Positions 51,003-64,000 of a stretch of DNA of 64,000 bases are shown here, piece after piece (within the stretch, counting starts at the first letter, position 1; every line of letters begins with the position of its first letter). The translations under genes and the position numbers were made by a program. The notes under the pieces were generated by a model that was given only the letters and a program-made list of their open reading frames with translations, had not been told where the DNA came from and did no database searches. This stretch comes from Camelus dromedarius (Eukaryota). Where the stretch lies: the NCBI RefSeq assembly GCF_036321535.1, contig NC_087437.1, forward strand, positions 43,092,001 to 43,156,000. Reading direction: 5' to 3'.

Positions 51003-53174
51003 GTTCTTTCTGACTTTAGGGTATTCCCCAGCCTGTGGTAATGATTACAGAGAGAATTCAAAGCTACTTTATAGATACAATGTCAGTTTTGTAATAGAGC
51101 AGATTGCTTCTTCTCATCGGTGCTAATCAAAAGCAAACCTCACCACTCAAATACTGGGCAAATGTGTCTGTAATGTGTCTTTACTTATGCATGCACTTGT
51201 GGATCAGGCAGTTTAAAATTGTTAAGTGATATCAGGTTTTAACAAAGTAAAATACAACATTTTGTTTACAATATAATGAAAATTATGTCAGGAATATGCA
51301 TGTATCTGCATGTCTGAGATTTAATACACTAAAAGAAGTGTTTTATTATGGTGGAAGATTATGAATTTCTTTCAGAGTTGTCTTTAAGTTGATTTTTCCT
51401 GTAAATAAGGAGAAAGCAGATAAATCCAAAACATCAGCTGATTTATTAAAACTGCTTTGACTCCTAGGTCTTGATTTTCATGCAGTTGGAAAAACTATCA
51501 TAATTACTCTGAGCATGCAGAAAAAACTTAGTAAATGATTGGTGCCTTGATATGATTATTAATACCACAGTTCGGATGTGGCATGGAAAGTGAATAGAAT
51601 GCTGTATTGTTTTACTGCATCCATTTCATTTTTATTTTAACTGCTGGCCCATTTCTTGATGTTGAGAGAGAGAACATTTAACTCCATCTCATTTTAACTT
51701 AGAGTAAGGATGAAAAAGTGATGATCATCTCGTTCATTTACAGGAGGATTATAAAGTATCATGGTAGTTCTTTCTTTTTGGAAAAATAATTTTGGATTCC
51801 ACATAAAAATGCAGTGTTTTTGAGTGTTATGAGAAATAGAAAAGTGCCATTTGTTAATTATGAGTTATTGGTGGTTATTTTCAGATATTCTGTAAGTAGC
51901 TCAATTTAAAAATAAAAAAATGGATAAAGCGTATGAAGTTATTTTGGGAACAAAATGTCATTACTGGAGGTGTACTTTTTCACATGTTGAAGTAATAAAT
52001 AGTTCAGAAAGTCCTTTGCAAATTTATCAGAATGTCATCTTCAGGTACTGGGTTGGAAAATTAGTAACTGCTGGAGCGTGTGACTGTTGAAAGGTGTCAC
52101 TATATACAGGGGCCTATCAGTTTGTAGCTTCTGGCATAAAGCAAAGATGTTAATCATCAGTGTTGAGATTTAAATGTCACAAGTTCTCAGCATAAAAAGT
52201 AAAGGTTAAAAGTTAAACGTCTCGGGTAGTGTATATCCCAAAGTACAAAAAGAAAACAGAACACTAAAAAAATACTCAAATAAATTACAATAGCTGAGAA
52301 TGGCATAAATAGCAAACACCTCTACAGTATAAAAAAGCAGATTCCTTAATTCTATTCTTATAAGATGGTCTGCCTTGGCTTTTAATTTCTTTAGGTGGTC
52401 TGAGGGGTGGCTACTATACCCTTTACACATCTACCACTCATTTGTAAATATTTATGTGGCCATTAGTGTTTGGGCAAATATAATTTTGCTTCTTAGCAAG
52501 TGGAAGAAGGAAGATAAAACCTGTAATGAAATGATACAGGATTAGATCGTTTTCCTTGAACATGGTTAACCACTTGGAAGAGAGAAGCCCTTGATAGGAA
52601 AGGACTCCATGCTTCACTATACCTGGAACAGTATTCCTCCTGCCACTTTATATTTGGCTCTTTGTTCAATTTCCAAACACTTTCATATATACTTTCCTCC
52701 TTTGCTCCTCCTCATGAGGCAGATGGAGTCAGTAGGAAATCCCATTTGACAGGTTAGGAAACTGACCCTCTGGTATTTCTAGTATGTGACCCATGGGTAA
52801 GCACAGGTCAGCGCTTGAAAGACCTGGGGCTAGTATTTGGGTCTTCTAGAGGTCAGTGGTCCTCTACAAAGTATTGTAGATAAAACGATACTTTAAGTGC
52901 AGAATAAGGATTTATACCTCAGCAGAGGAACTGAGGAACGAGAAGGGAATTGTTTATTTGTAATCAGGCAGCTGTAAAATCTTTAAGGTTTGAGCAGAGT
53001 AACACTTGGGATTTATATGCCACCTTTCTTCCAAAGAAAATACAGGGGGTTTTCAAATGTTATTCATTTAGACTTGTGAGATAGCACACGGTGGCTATTA
53101 GAATAGAAAAAGACTAGCCCACATGCTTAAAGGACCTTCATAGGGTCACTGTTTACAGCAGAGTCTGTTCTGAC

Positions 53175-53375
53175 ACCGAATGACACTTTGTATAGGTGGA
53201 GATTAAATCCTAGTTGAATTCCCAGTGTCTTTGGACAGTTATTAAACCTCTGAGAGCCTCTGTGCTTCATCAGTACAATGGGATTCTGGTAATACCTACT
53301 GGATAGAGCTGACCTAAGGAATAAATGGGAGAACACGTGTGAATTGCCTAATGGAGGCCTGATACATTCAAGAAA
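53175..53375 (+). mobile_element. MIR SINE
   Basis: tctttggacagttattaaacctctgagagcctctgtgcttcatcagtacaatgggg. Confidence 0.75.
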
Positions 53376-53529
53376 ACAGAGTTCTTCCCTCTCCCTCTTC
53401 TCACCACCTCCTAAGACACTTCTGTATAATTTCAGTCTAGGTTACTTCCATCAAGCCCAGATACTGTTTTCCTCATTAACAGATTTCTAGTATTCTCCAG
53501 TTTTATTCTCAAGTTTAAGAACCTATTAT

Positions 53530-53993
53530 TGTTATGGAAACGACAGGCCAACCAAGAAACAAGCACCACTCGGAGGGTTGGAGTACTCAGATGTATTACG
53601 CCGGCGGGCTCAGAGGGGCTTCTGCTCCGAAGCTCTGACACCTCCAGGACGTGTGCATGAGGTTTTATAGGGTAAAGTACAAGCTTGGGGTATTCGGCCA
53701 ATAGGCATGGAACAGCTTTAGCAGCATCATTATCACAAAAGTGGAGGCAGGGAGGCAGCAAACCAACATTCCAAAGCCAGATATGTATCTTTGAAAATCC
53801 AGCTGGCTAGGAAAAAAACATGAACAGCAAACCAACACTAATTAACTTAGATTTACAAGTTAGTCCAGCAGAACTCAGATCAGTATTCCGATACTTAGAT
53901 GTGTGAGTTATCTTGTTAGCCCAGCCCAGCCTCTCCTTCACATTCCTAGACTTGTGAGTTATCTTGTTAGACCAGCCCGGCTTTTCCTTCACA
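53530..53993 (-). mobile_element. Young ERV1-type solo LTR (464 bp) with 4-bp TSD
   Basis: TG...CA termini, TSD ttat (53526-53529 / 53994-53997), minus-strand TATAAAA (53663-53669), CCAAT box (53698-53702), poly(A)-like AATACA (53592-53597), retained CpGs. Confidence 0.85.
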
Positions 53994-54869
53994 TTATGGT
54001 GTACTTCTTTCAGCTGTATTGTTTTGCTCTCTTTGCTGAAAAATAGAGGTCACTATCACTTTATAATAGCATAAATGATTATGCTCATTATTTGGAAGAC
54101 ATTTTAGAAGGAGACGGACCTTTGGGGACTCACTGTAGATTTTGCTGGTTTAAGCCTTGTCAGTAAGCAATTGATCGCTCAGCGTGAGGGAGTTTTGAAT
54201 GACTGATTTATGCTTTTCAGAACTGTTATGGTATGACAAGGGAGCTGGTGTGTGGTAAATACAGGTTGATTTTTTTTCAAGGGCTAAGTGGAGATTTTAG
54301 GAAATGTTATGAGTATTCAAAGATTTATATTACTGGTATCATTTTTTCCCTCATGAATAATATGGAAGAACCCTACATGGTCAGAACAGCATTTTCCAAT
54401 CCTATGACATGTACCCCTGGGTAACTGAGCAAACCAAGTTGCCAAAAAACATAATGAGCCTAATTGTGAAGAATGTTTCCAAGTGCAATGATTTTACTTG
54501 AGCATAACTCATTTCTTTTGTTAACTTAAGTCATTTCTTTGTCAGTAATGAGGTTCCACTACTAGTTAACCCCTGGTGCGACCTTTATTTAATGTATAAT
54601 GATATGGTCATGTCATCCACATAAGGGAAGATAATGTTCCCATTTGCTATAGAATCCTTGTGCACTTAACTCTGAAAGCAGTATCAGAGCATCAGGGAAT
54701 ACCTTCAGAGAAGAGGCTTTAAAATGTGGCCTCCTTTTGAAATGCTGGTCTAGTCTGTCAGAGTAGCATACTTACTGACTATGATTTCAACAGTTAATAT
54801 TAAAATGCCAATTCTTAAGAAAAAGAAGGGAGTGTCAAGCTTGATACCAAATATCTTACCTACATTATA

Positions 54870-55018
54870 GCATTTAGTTCTTAGAAAAACCCAACAAGCT
54901 TAGTGGTATCACTTCATTTTACACCTGAGAAAACTGGGGCTTGAAGAGGATAAGTATCTTGCTAATGTCACTCAGCTAGCTAGACATCAGAATGCAGTCT
55001 CTGATTACAATATCCATT
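54870..55018 (-). mobile_element. MIR SINE
   Basis: cattttacacctgagaaaactggggcttgaagaggataagtatcttgctaatgtcactcagcta. Confidence 0.7.
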
Positions 55019-55021
55019 ACC

Positions 55022-55022
<1 letters not shown>

Positions 55023-55064
<42 letters not shown>
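55023..55064. repeat. (GTT)14 microsatellite
   Basis: Direct reading. Confidence 0.97.
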
Positions 55065-55065
<1 letters not shown>

Positions 55066-55274
55066 TAATTAGATGCAATCACCCAATAATTATTATTAGT
55101 GTCTGGAGATCCATGTTAAAGGTCACGAAGGTTTATTTCATTTTCTGGGGTAACAAGAGGTGAATGAAAAGTATACAATATTAAAATTTTCTTCTGGAAG
55201 AAAATATAAGAACAATCAACAGTAGAATGGCCTTGTCTGAAATATACTTATTTCATATACGAATTATTAGTCAT

Positions 55275-55470
55275 TGTATTAAGCATATTTATTGAGTCCT
55301 TATTGTGTACCAACACTGAAGCATTCACATTATTATCTCAGTTTTACAGTTGAGGAAACAGGCTGATGGAGTTTAAATAACTTACCCATGGTCACTAGGT
55401 CTTAACTGGAAAAGCTAAAATTTGAGCCAGTGTTTAGATAACTTCAAAGTCTGTGTACTTAATAGCTATG
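55275..55470 (-). mobile_element. MIR SINE
   Basis: gttttacagttgaggaaacaggct...ttaaataacttacccatggtcac. Confidence 0.75.
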
Positions 55471-57319
55471 TTTTCTCTTGAGCTGAAGAGGAGACCTTGT
55501 AGGGAAAAAAATGTGATACGTTTTGAACACCTTGTTCAAGAAATAAAAGACTATCCTTTCAAAAATGGTGTCTGTATTAGAACCCATTACTGAGGAGTTA
55601 ATTAGGACAATAGTATATTAAGGATTAAAGCTCATTAATTATTAGGGAAGCTTGAAAAATCTCCAGTACAAACATCTTTCCTAATGTTATTTTTTTCTGA
55701 AATTAAGGTAAATAAGACATCGTAAAAGAATTGAGAGAGTCCCAGTTGGCATAATAGGTTCATAAACTTAGAGGAAATGATCCAGATTAGGCAGTTTTCT
55801 GCCCCCAGGAGTCTGTAATGGCGGTAATAGGAATCTGTGATCAATTTTTATTGTTACAAAAAAACCTAATTGTCCCCATGGTTTTTGCATGATGAGGGTA
55901 TTCAGGTTCACTACCTTTCTTTGTTTTTTTTACTCAAATTCTACCAACTAGCTTGGCAGCATTATTTTCCCCATGTTGACCAGTTTTGATTGGCAGCTAT
56001 TTGCCTTTAATTTATAAAACACACTGATTATTAAATAATTATACTTGTAAGTCTTTAAAAATGTGAAGTTTGGTTTTAGTAAAAAGGAGAGGAGCAATAA
56101 AAATAAATCTTTGTTGATTAAATATTTGGAGATAATTGTGCTGAAATCTGTGTGGATCTTTTTTAATGAAATATTTTTATCCAAAGATGGATGAATGTCG
56201 ATAGAATATCTTGTTCTTTTTGGTCTTCAATGTAGTTGATTTTCAAAATGCCAGAATCCCAGGCTCATTTCATTGCACATACATCTTTCAGTTGACCAGC
56301 CAGCTCAATCTCCAGAACTGATCTTTTAATGCATTTAGGAGCTTCAAATAGCAGATGTAAATTGAGCAATTCATTTGAACAGATAAACAAAAAAAGCTCT
56401 GAGAAGTCCTTACATAGAAGAATGAACCTGAAAAATCAAACTACATGTATGGAATTTAAGCTCTTTTTACATGTATCTCCATGCATCTTATGTCTCTTTT
56501 GTCTGCTTCTGTTGCTTATTTTCATTTCCCTTAACTTATTAATAAATTTATCATTTAAAGTCTTCAAATTTCCTTTAAATTATTGAGGAGAGAAATTGAC
56601 TTTGACTTCCTTAGAAACATTTTTTTTTAAAACTAGGGCAGTGTTTTTACAGATAGGTAGAAATATTGTTAGCCAAAGACCACTATATAGATCTGATAAC
56701 TATATAACCAATATATGAAGCTTATGCATTCTAACATGTATTTTTAAAACATTTTAATATAGATAGAAATAGAGATGTAGATATCTAAATATTTAGATCC
56801 GTAAAAAAGAACTGCTATAAATGAACTATCTATCAGCCAGACACTGTGTGCTAACCACTTACATAATCGTCCTAACAGTTATTTCTCCGTTGTGTATTAA
56901 TGTCCACATTCGGTAGGTACAGAAACCAAACTTTGGAAGCATTAATTGATTTACTGAAAGTAATACGAAAATACTTGAAATGGCATTAAATTTGACTCCA
57001 GAGCCCCGTTCATTCTGTGACATCAAGAGGCTATTTTCAGGGGGAAAAAAAAAAAAAAGGCCCAGTGTAATATAATTTTATTTTCAGTTATCTACAGTTT
57101 CTGGTGTAATTTAAAAAAATTATGTCCAGTTGGGTAAGTGGGCTTATGTATGTGTAATTTCCTCAGATTGCCCCTTATCTTGCTATACGTAGAAGCACTT
57201 ACAATATCAGCAGCTGAAATAGTTTCTGAATTGAAATGCAATACATCTAGTCAACCTGAGTGCCCTCAGGCCTTTAACGTGACAAGAGGAGTTCATTCTC
57301 ACAGGATCTCTGATATAGT

Positions 57320-59050
57320 CATCCAACAAATACATACTAAATGCCTACAATTTATCAGTACTTGTTCTGCATACTGAGGACATGAAGATGAATATGACAT
57401 GATTCCAGCTCTTAAGGAACTTACAGATTGGTGGGAGGTATATGGAAGAAATAAGAACAGCTTAGAGTAATTAGCAGTAGACATAAAAGAAAAGGCTACT
57501 AGTTGTACAAAGAAGGGAGAGCTTATCTTTGCCTACTCATTATGAAGCCACAGGGAAACCAGGAGAGGCTTCACAAAAGAGATGATGCCTGGCTACTAAT
57601 TAAAGGAGTAGTAGGAATTATCAGGAGATAAAGCCTGGGATCATTCCAAACAGAAAGATTCATGCCATGAGGTTTCAGGGGCAGTACTGCAATAGTTCAC
57701 TGTTGCTATAGTGACTATAGAGTAAAAAGTGGAGGAAGTGGCTGAAGATGAGGCTTAGAGAGGTATGCTGGGGGCAGATTTTAAAGGAACTTGACTACCG
57801 TACAAGTCAAAGGGTTTAGTCTTCATTCCTGGGATAATGAAAACCATTCACAAGGTAGTTTTTTAATCAGGAGAATGATACAGTCAGGTGTGAATTTCAG
57901 AATGATCCCTTTGGCAATAGCATGGAAAAAGTTTTTAAAAAACCCAAAAAACTCTGGAAGCAGAGTACTAGTTAGGGAGTTAGGGGGCCACAGACTAATC
58001 TAGATGAGAAATATAGGGGCCTTCAACTAAGGCATTGATTGCAGGAATTGAAAAGAGGGGCAGACTTTAGAGATATTTAGAAGAATGTGTTGCTTTATAG
58101 AACATGATGGAGTTAAAGAGTCTGTAAAAGCCAGGTAGGTCCATGAACTGAGATAGAGAATGTAGTAAGTGGAGCAGGGTTTAGTTGGGAATTAAATAAA
58201 TGTGGTTTAGGTACGTTGTTGTGTTTGAGAATACTCTGGAGACCACCAATTAGTACTGACCTAGTCTGTCAAGACGAAGAATTCCGATCTGAAGTGTTAT
58301 GCAGCCTAGATGTAAAAAATGTACAATTAGATTTTAATATTTGAAAAAAATTTTTGGAGGGGAAGGTAATTAGATTTATTTATTTGCTTATTTTTAATAG
58401 AGGCTCTAGGGATTGAGCCAAGGACCTTGTGTGTGCTAGGCACGTACTCTACCACTGAGCTATACCTTCCCCACCTACAATTAGATTTTAGAAGCAATCT
58501 AACATTGATGAAAGACAAGTGGATGAGTTGATTGAGATTTCTGGTGAAAGAAAAATGTGATTCGCTAGGGCTAGTCAAAAAGAATAATTACATGAAGAAA
58601 CTGATAGATGAGCAGAAAATACATGGATCAAGGACTTAGAGGTTCCAGGATTTCAAACAGAATAAGGGAATGGAAGAGCTGAAAATAGTTTAAAGATTTT
58701 ACAGGTAGAACAATTCTGAGTCATTTGGTACTCTATAGATTAGGGCTACATGAGTGGGTTGCTGAAATGATTTGGGAATAAATGTTATTATAGAAGAAGA
58801 GATTAAAAATTTGAGAAGCTAGAAAGTTGGATAGGGTATCTCCATATAGTGAAATCACTCAGAATCATTACATGAGTCATATTGGAGACAGAGATCATAA
58901 GCTAACTTACTTTTTTCTGTGACTATAAGGGAATGATTTGAAGATTAGTAGAAAAAATGAATAGAATGAGGAATAAAGGATAGTAGGAAAAAGACTTTTT
59001 CAAGAATGAATTAATTATATTTTTAAAATTGAAGCCAGAAGTCAGGAAAA
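57320..59050 (-). mobile_element. Long antisense L2, interrupted by a camelid SINE
   Basis: atccaacaaatacatactaaatgcctac...cagctcttaaggaacttacag...gaggcttcacaaaagagatgatg...gcagactttagagatatttag. Confidence 0.8.
58337..58475 (-). mobile_element. Camelid tRNA-derived SINE (vic-1 type)
   Basis: Minus strand reads ggggaaggtatagctcagtggtagagtacgtgcctagcacacacaaggtccttggctcaatcc, with A and B boxes and an AT-rich tail. Perfect 15-bp TSD tacaattagatttta (58322-58336 / 58476-58490). Confidence 0.92.
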
Positions 59051-59971
59051 TGCCTGAGGTAGCCCCTGTGTCTGATGAGAAACCAGCTGCACAAGTCCCA
59101 TGACCAGATGCTGATCATGGATGACTGAGTCCTGGAAACCGGCTCCATGTTCTAAACAGTATGGCATGTTTTATGATAAAAGTTCTTTGGAAGGTGCATG
59201 CTAAAGGGACAATTAATTATGATTGGGAGAAGTCAGGGAATGTTGTACTAAAGATAAAATATTGCACTAATGCTTGGAAGGTGTATAGGATTCTGGCTGT
59301 AGGAAAAAAGAAGACGGCATTGGAGGGACTATTCTGGAATAGCAAATGTTTTGAGGCTACAGTGACAAGATGAGGATAGAAAGACTTTATCCTGTCTTTT
59401 ACAATTTTTTTTTCTTTCGCAGGAATACATGTTTTGTGCTAATTTATGTGAATACACTGCAGGTTTCTTAGAAATTTTACTTATATATTGTTTATTGATA
59501 AAGTGATTTGGAGAAAAGTAACAGCATTAATTTGAAAAAGAAGGTGCTGGTTTGGAGATGATCAGAAAAATGTACTTTTAGTATAAATCACCACTGTCAT
59601 AGTTCTAGAAATTCCTAAAAGTAAAAAAAATCAAAGCTTCAAAGGTTTGATGTAATCTTTTGATTAATTTTAAATATAATCATTCATTTTTAGAACAATG
59701 TTATCTGTGTTATGGGGGTAGTAAATTTTAAAAATTCTGAGCAACTAAATTCATTTTAAATTCAAATTCTCTGAATGTCAAGCAGCAAGATGTATCAAGG
59801 TCATGGTCCTTGTGTTTTCTCAATAACATAATTTTATGACGATGATATTCCAGCATACATTTGAAATGTGTTGAGGGCAAATAATTGAAGGAGAGGAAGT
59901 TGGTTGACAATCCATTTAGACCTCTGTCAGTACGGGATTTGAAAGGAAATTGAAGTAACCCTGGGGGTTGA

Positions 59972-60200
59972 ATTATATATATATAAATATAAATATAAAA
60001 TTTATTTCAGTTCTTGGTCCAGACCATTTTTTACCTGATTTCATATATAGATAATGCATATTTAATATGTACTATATGTAGTGTATACATATACTTATAT
60101 ATAACATGTATACTTAATATGTATTATATAAATATACACATATATTAAATATATATTATATGTATTTATATGATATATATACTTGAAATATATAATATAA
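59972..60200. repeat. AT-rich low-complexity (TA)-like tract
   Basis: Degenerate tatata repeats. Confidence 0.8.
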
Positions 60201-61044
60201 GGTTAAAAACTGTTCTAAACCAAGAACTGAAACAAATGCACCCTTTCGGACCCAAATTAAGCAATCTGATACCTTGGAATTGGAATCTGAGACATGGGAA
60301 ACGGGGTCAGATTTTCTTTCTGCTTCAGGCTACATTAAAAAGAAGGCTAGAACAATTTATCTTAAAGATTGCCCATTTGCTTCATGTTAAAACAATGTTT
60401 TTCAAGAAAATAAAGTTTACCAAATTTTAGCTACATTTTTAAATTTGAAATTTGCTCGGCTATCAAATACATGATAACGAGACCGACTGTTAACTTTGTA
60501 AATGTTTGGGCTACTTTCTCTTCAAAATATATGAAGCATTTTCTGTCCTATGAGATGAGATAAGCAGAAGTTGTTTTATATGCTGAGCACTATTGTTTTT
60601 AACATAGTAAGGAAATAGAAACATGAAATGTTTGCTCCAAGCCAAGGTAACAAAATGACTTTATGGTCAGTGTTTGGATATGAAAGAGGAATAGAAGAAG
60701 ATTGATGTTTTGATGGATAATAATTGACTCTTAGCTGTTCTCACTCTTCTAAAGGCAAGAATGAATTTGCACTGATGCTTCCTTGCTGTCATTCTAAAGA
60801 ATATATTTCTGTGGCTCAAGCTGTTACCAGTAATTGTAAGTAGGTATTTGTGTGACAGTCAGCCCTCTGGAGCCTGCGTGATGAATCTGTCCTTGGCCTC
60901 TTCAGCCCTCCCCTGCTGCTGTACCTGAGGCTTGCATCTCTGCACTCCCTGCTTCTCAGGGCGAGACCTGCACAGTCTTTTGGAGCTGTGTTTTTGCAGA
61001 ACTCCCTGAGTAAGAAGCATTTGAGTGTTCTGTTTAAGCTCTTG

Positions 61045-61630
61045 TGCTCTGGACTCAGAAATGCCAGTAACTACCTACTTGATACATGATCAGGCAAGTT
61101 ACTTGAGCTCTCTGCACCAGATTCCCACACTGAGAATGGGACTGTTGACAGTAACGTACCACACAGGAATGATGTCAATTTCAATGAGCAGACATGGAAT
61201 GCCCTCAGTACAAAGCTCACATGAGCTCAGTGGATGCTCAGTGCTGTACTTACTGTAATGTTTGGGAATTCATTTAACTACCACCCCCCCAACCCAGTCT
61301 CCTTATTTCTAAAAATATTTGTGAAGGATTCTGAGATTGTGAAATGAACTTACTAAGAATTGACAGATGGTGTCAGCCCTACTGAGTAGGAAAATGAACT
61401 GCGAAGTTTGTTAGACTTGATTTGGACCTGACTGTGCCATTTACTAGTGCTGTCTGTGAACAGTTTCTTTAAACTTTCTTTGCTCTGTTTTTCATTTTTC
61501 AAAATGGTGGTAATAATAGTAATATCCACCTTATAGGGTTTTGAAAGAATTAGATGGGAGAGTGTGTATTCACCACTTCACATAGTGGCTGACGGAATTC
61601 AAGAAATGATAACTATTATTATTAATATTA
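61045..61630 (+). mobile_element. Two MIR SINEs (~61045-61260, ~61390-61630)
   Basis: catgatcaggcaagttacttgagctctctg and tttttcaaaatggtggtaataatagtaatatccaccttatagggtt. Confidence 0.75.
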
Positions 61631-62559
61631 TTTTGAAATTTTTCATTAAATTATTCCCTTTATGAAGTCATCTATGCCCACCTATAAAAACATTAACTAT
61701 TTTTATATAATCATGATTTTCTGAAAGATGTCTGTATCTTTTAAATTGTTGCCTGAGGTGTCAATGAATTATGTACTAGAAAGTATGGCTGTTGAAACCT
61801 GAGGTTCATATCAAATTTAGGTATCTCTTTAGTTGAAGAAATTCACCAAAGCTATTGTAATTTAAGGAGTTTTCTCCAGCGTGAGAGAATATTTAGAGAT
61901 TTGTATTAAGTTGTCATCCCACGTAAGTTGCTGCTCTTGCAACTGTTGACAGAGATTGAAGCCGTGCTTTTCATTATAGAGCATTCTGTGTACAGCATGT
62001 GTTTTTGTGTTTAGTTTTACAAAAATAAATTTAAATGTTGCTTCCTTCCATTTAGTATTAATATGCAGCTGGCATGTATTTATAAATGATGTATAAGTAG
62101 CTATTTTTTAACTCCTTTTAAACTACAGAGATTTCATTTGATTCACTTTCCTTTCATTTTTATCCCCGTGTGTTCTCAGTGGAAGAAACCATCATTCCTG
62201 CATGTTTCAAGTCCTCCTTCCCTGCCCCCGCCCCTGCTCCCCATGAATTTAACACTGTTTCATGCACTGTGTGTTTGAAAACACCATGTTTAGTGAGTGC
62301 TGGTATTATCTTTCTGGAAATAGGGTTGAAATTTCCCCAGATCCCACTTAGCTTTCCTCAGCCTGTCACAATTGAGGATGTGGGATTGACTCCAAATGTG
62401 GGGATCTACAGGGACAAACTGATGAGCAGTGCTGAGACATGTAAAAGGTGAAGAATTAGAGAAAAGACTAGATTTGATAACGTAGATGTAGCAACACAAA
62501 ATATAGTTTCCTTGTCTTCTTTTTCTCACTCTCCACTTTCATGGTAATAAAAAATAATG

Positions 62560-62890
62560 ACTTAATTACAAGTTAATCACTTCCTGTGAGTAAATTATTT
62601 GCACTCAACTTCAGATTAAGACACAAGTAATTCCCTTCAGTTGGTTGATAGGATCAAATAAAATAAAGTGTATGAAGGCACAGGATAAACTATAAAGTTG
62701 AGAAGGGTGTGTCAAATATTATACTTTGTATTTGGCAAATGTTTTCAAATTTACTTATCCTTTTAACCCTAAGAGATATGTATTATTACCATTTTGCAGA
62801 TGAAGAAACAGATTCTAAGGATACATGTTAGTAAGTGTCTGTAGGGTTTGATTTTAACCAAGATCCAGCTGATTCCAAAGCTAGTGGTTT
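62560..62890. mobile_element. MIR fragments (+ then -)
   Basis: gagtaaattattttgcactc and attattaccattttgcagatgaagaaacagattct. Confidence 0.6.
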
Positions 62891-64000
62891 TGTTTTCTAT
62901 TACAATATGCAAGCGCAAGATATTATTATTATTACTTAATTATATATAACAAGAGTGCCTTATTTTATACAGTGAGTTAAAATTCAAACCTACTAAAACA
63001 GAACATAATTCGGAGTGATTGTTAACTTTTCAAAAGAATTCTTTGCTTTGATGACAGAATAGTGTCTCTTTAAATGGAATTATTCTTCCTAGTGCAATTA
63101 AGATACAATTTGATATTTAGAGACTTCATTTATATACACATTTCCAGAAACGTGGTTTGGCTAAACTGATGTGTCCTGTTCGTGCCTTTTCACTTTGAGC
63201 TCAGGAAGTTGATGAAGCATATTTGACAAGAATAAATGTGGAGGTTAAAAGTCAGAATTGACATTGTGTACTTTCTGTGTCTTCAGGAGAGTGTTGTCTG
63301 AAGTGTACCTGAGTAATTAAGATATAAAAGATGTTTATTGCTCTGATTTACTTATAGGCCATTAGCTTTCCACACATCTGGACTTTGAAGACCTAGGCCA
63401 AAGGAAAATATACTTGTGATGCCCAAAGAACTCAATTTTTAATACATGCTGAAGTGGTCCCATTAGATCTTTGAACTCATGTGATATCCAATATAGAGCA
63501 TATTGGAAGTGATGGTCACTGAATTGGGTTACTGTTTTCTTCTTTGTTAGTTTGAAAATTATATATGGAGAATTTATATGAAATAAGTTTTTCCTAAAGA
63601 AGATATTTAAAATTTGAAAGTTGTATGTAGTTAATTGACTGTATATTCATCTCAATTTGGTATTTTCCTGAATATAACAGTTAAGACCATAACTAAGCTA
63701 TTCTAAAACTTAATCAAGTGAACAATGGAATGATATTCCCAAAGTTTTAAAGGTAAATAATCCCTGATGACTCATACATCTGATGATTCAGAAGTTATTG
63801 TTTTTAATGAAGTTCTTTTTCATTGCAGATAATATATTATTTCATACTGATAGAATTTAATTTGTGTCTCCATTTTAATCCTTTCTGCCCTAGTGTGGCG
63901 CCAGATGAGTTTTGCCATGATGTGAGCCTTCATTATTAGACTAAGGGCCTTTCTCTTTAATAATGGAAAGTCATTTAATAATATATGGTTTGTGTTATAT

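Noticed and set aside
58400..58475. tRNA-like sequence
   Set aside because: Head of a SINE with TSD, AT-rich tail and degenerate stems, not a functional tRNA gene.
59400..59470. Strong plus-strand acceptor tttttctttcgcag
   Set aside because: Only a weak donor (CAG|gtttct) follows, giving a 40-nt unit with no other support.

Overview
This is mammalian genomic DNA, almost certainly camelid: it contains a tRNA-derived vic-1-type SINE with a perfect 15-bp TSD and short camelid-type L1 3' ends. The window is AT-rich and dense in interspersed repeats (L1, L2, MIR, CR1/L3, MaLR/MLT LTRs, hAT MER elements, one young ERV1-type solo LTR) and microsatellites. I recognise no protein-coding gene, RNA gene or CRISPR array, and the ORF track looks spurious. 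Most L1/L2/LTR/SINE copies lie on the minus strand, which suggests (inference) a large intron of a plus-strand gene that I cannot name. The best leads are: (1) a series of well-formed minus-strand exon candidates (39003-39088, ~14869-14900, 11271-11407) and a promoter-like CpG patch with twin ATG|GT donors at 3229/3247; (2) a CpG-rich segment at 11.3-11.45 kb that looks like an exon on both strands; (3) two long, mutually complementary (TTCC/TTTC) and (GGAA/GAAA) tracts bracketing a repeat-poor, motif-rich 6 kb; (4) a solo LTR with a duplicated U3 terminus; (5) several compact transcription-factor motif clusters. None of these establishes a new biological system from sequence alone. Repeat family names come from recalled consensus similarity, and repeat boundaries are approximate unless a TSD is given.
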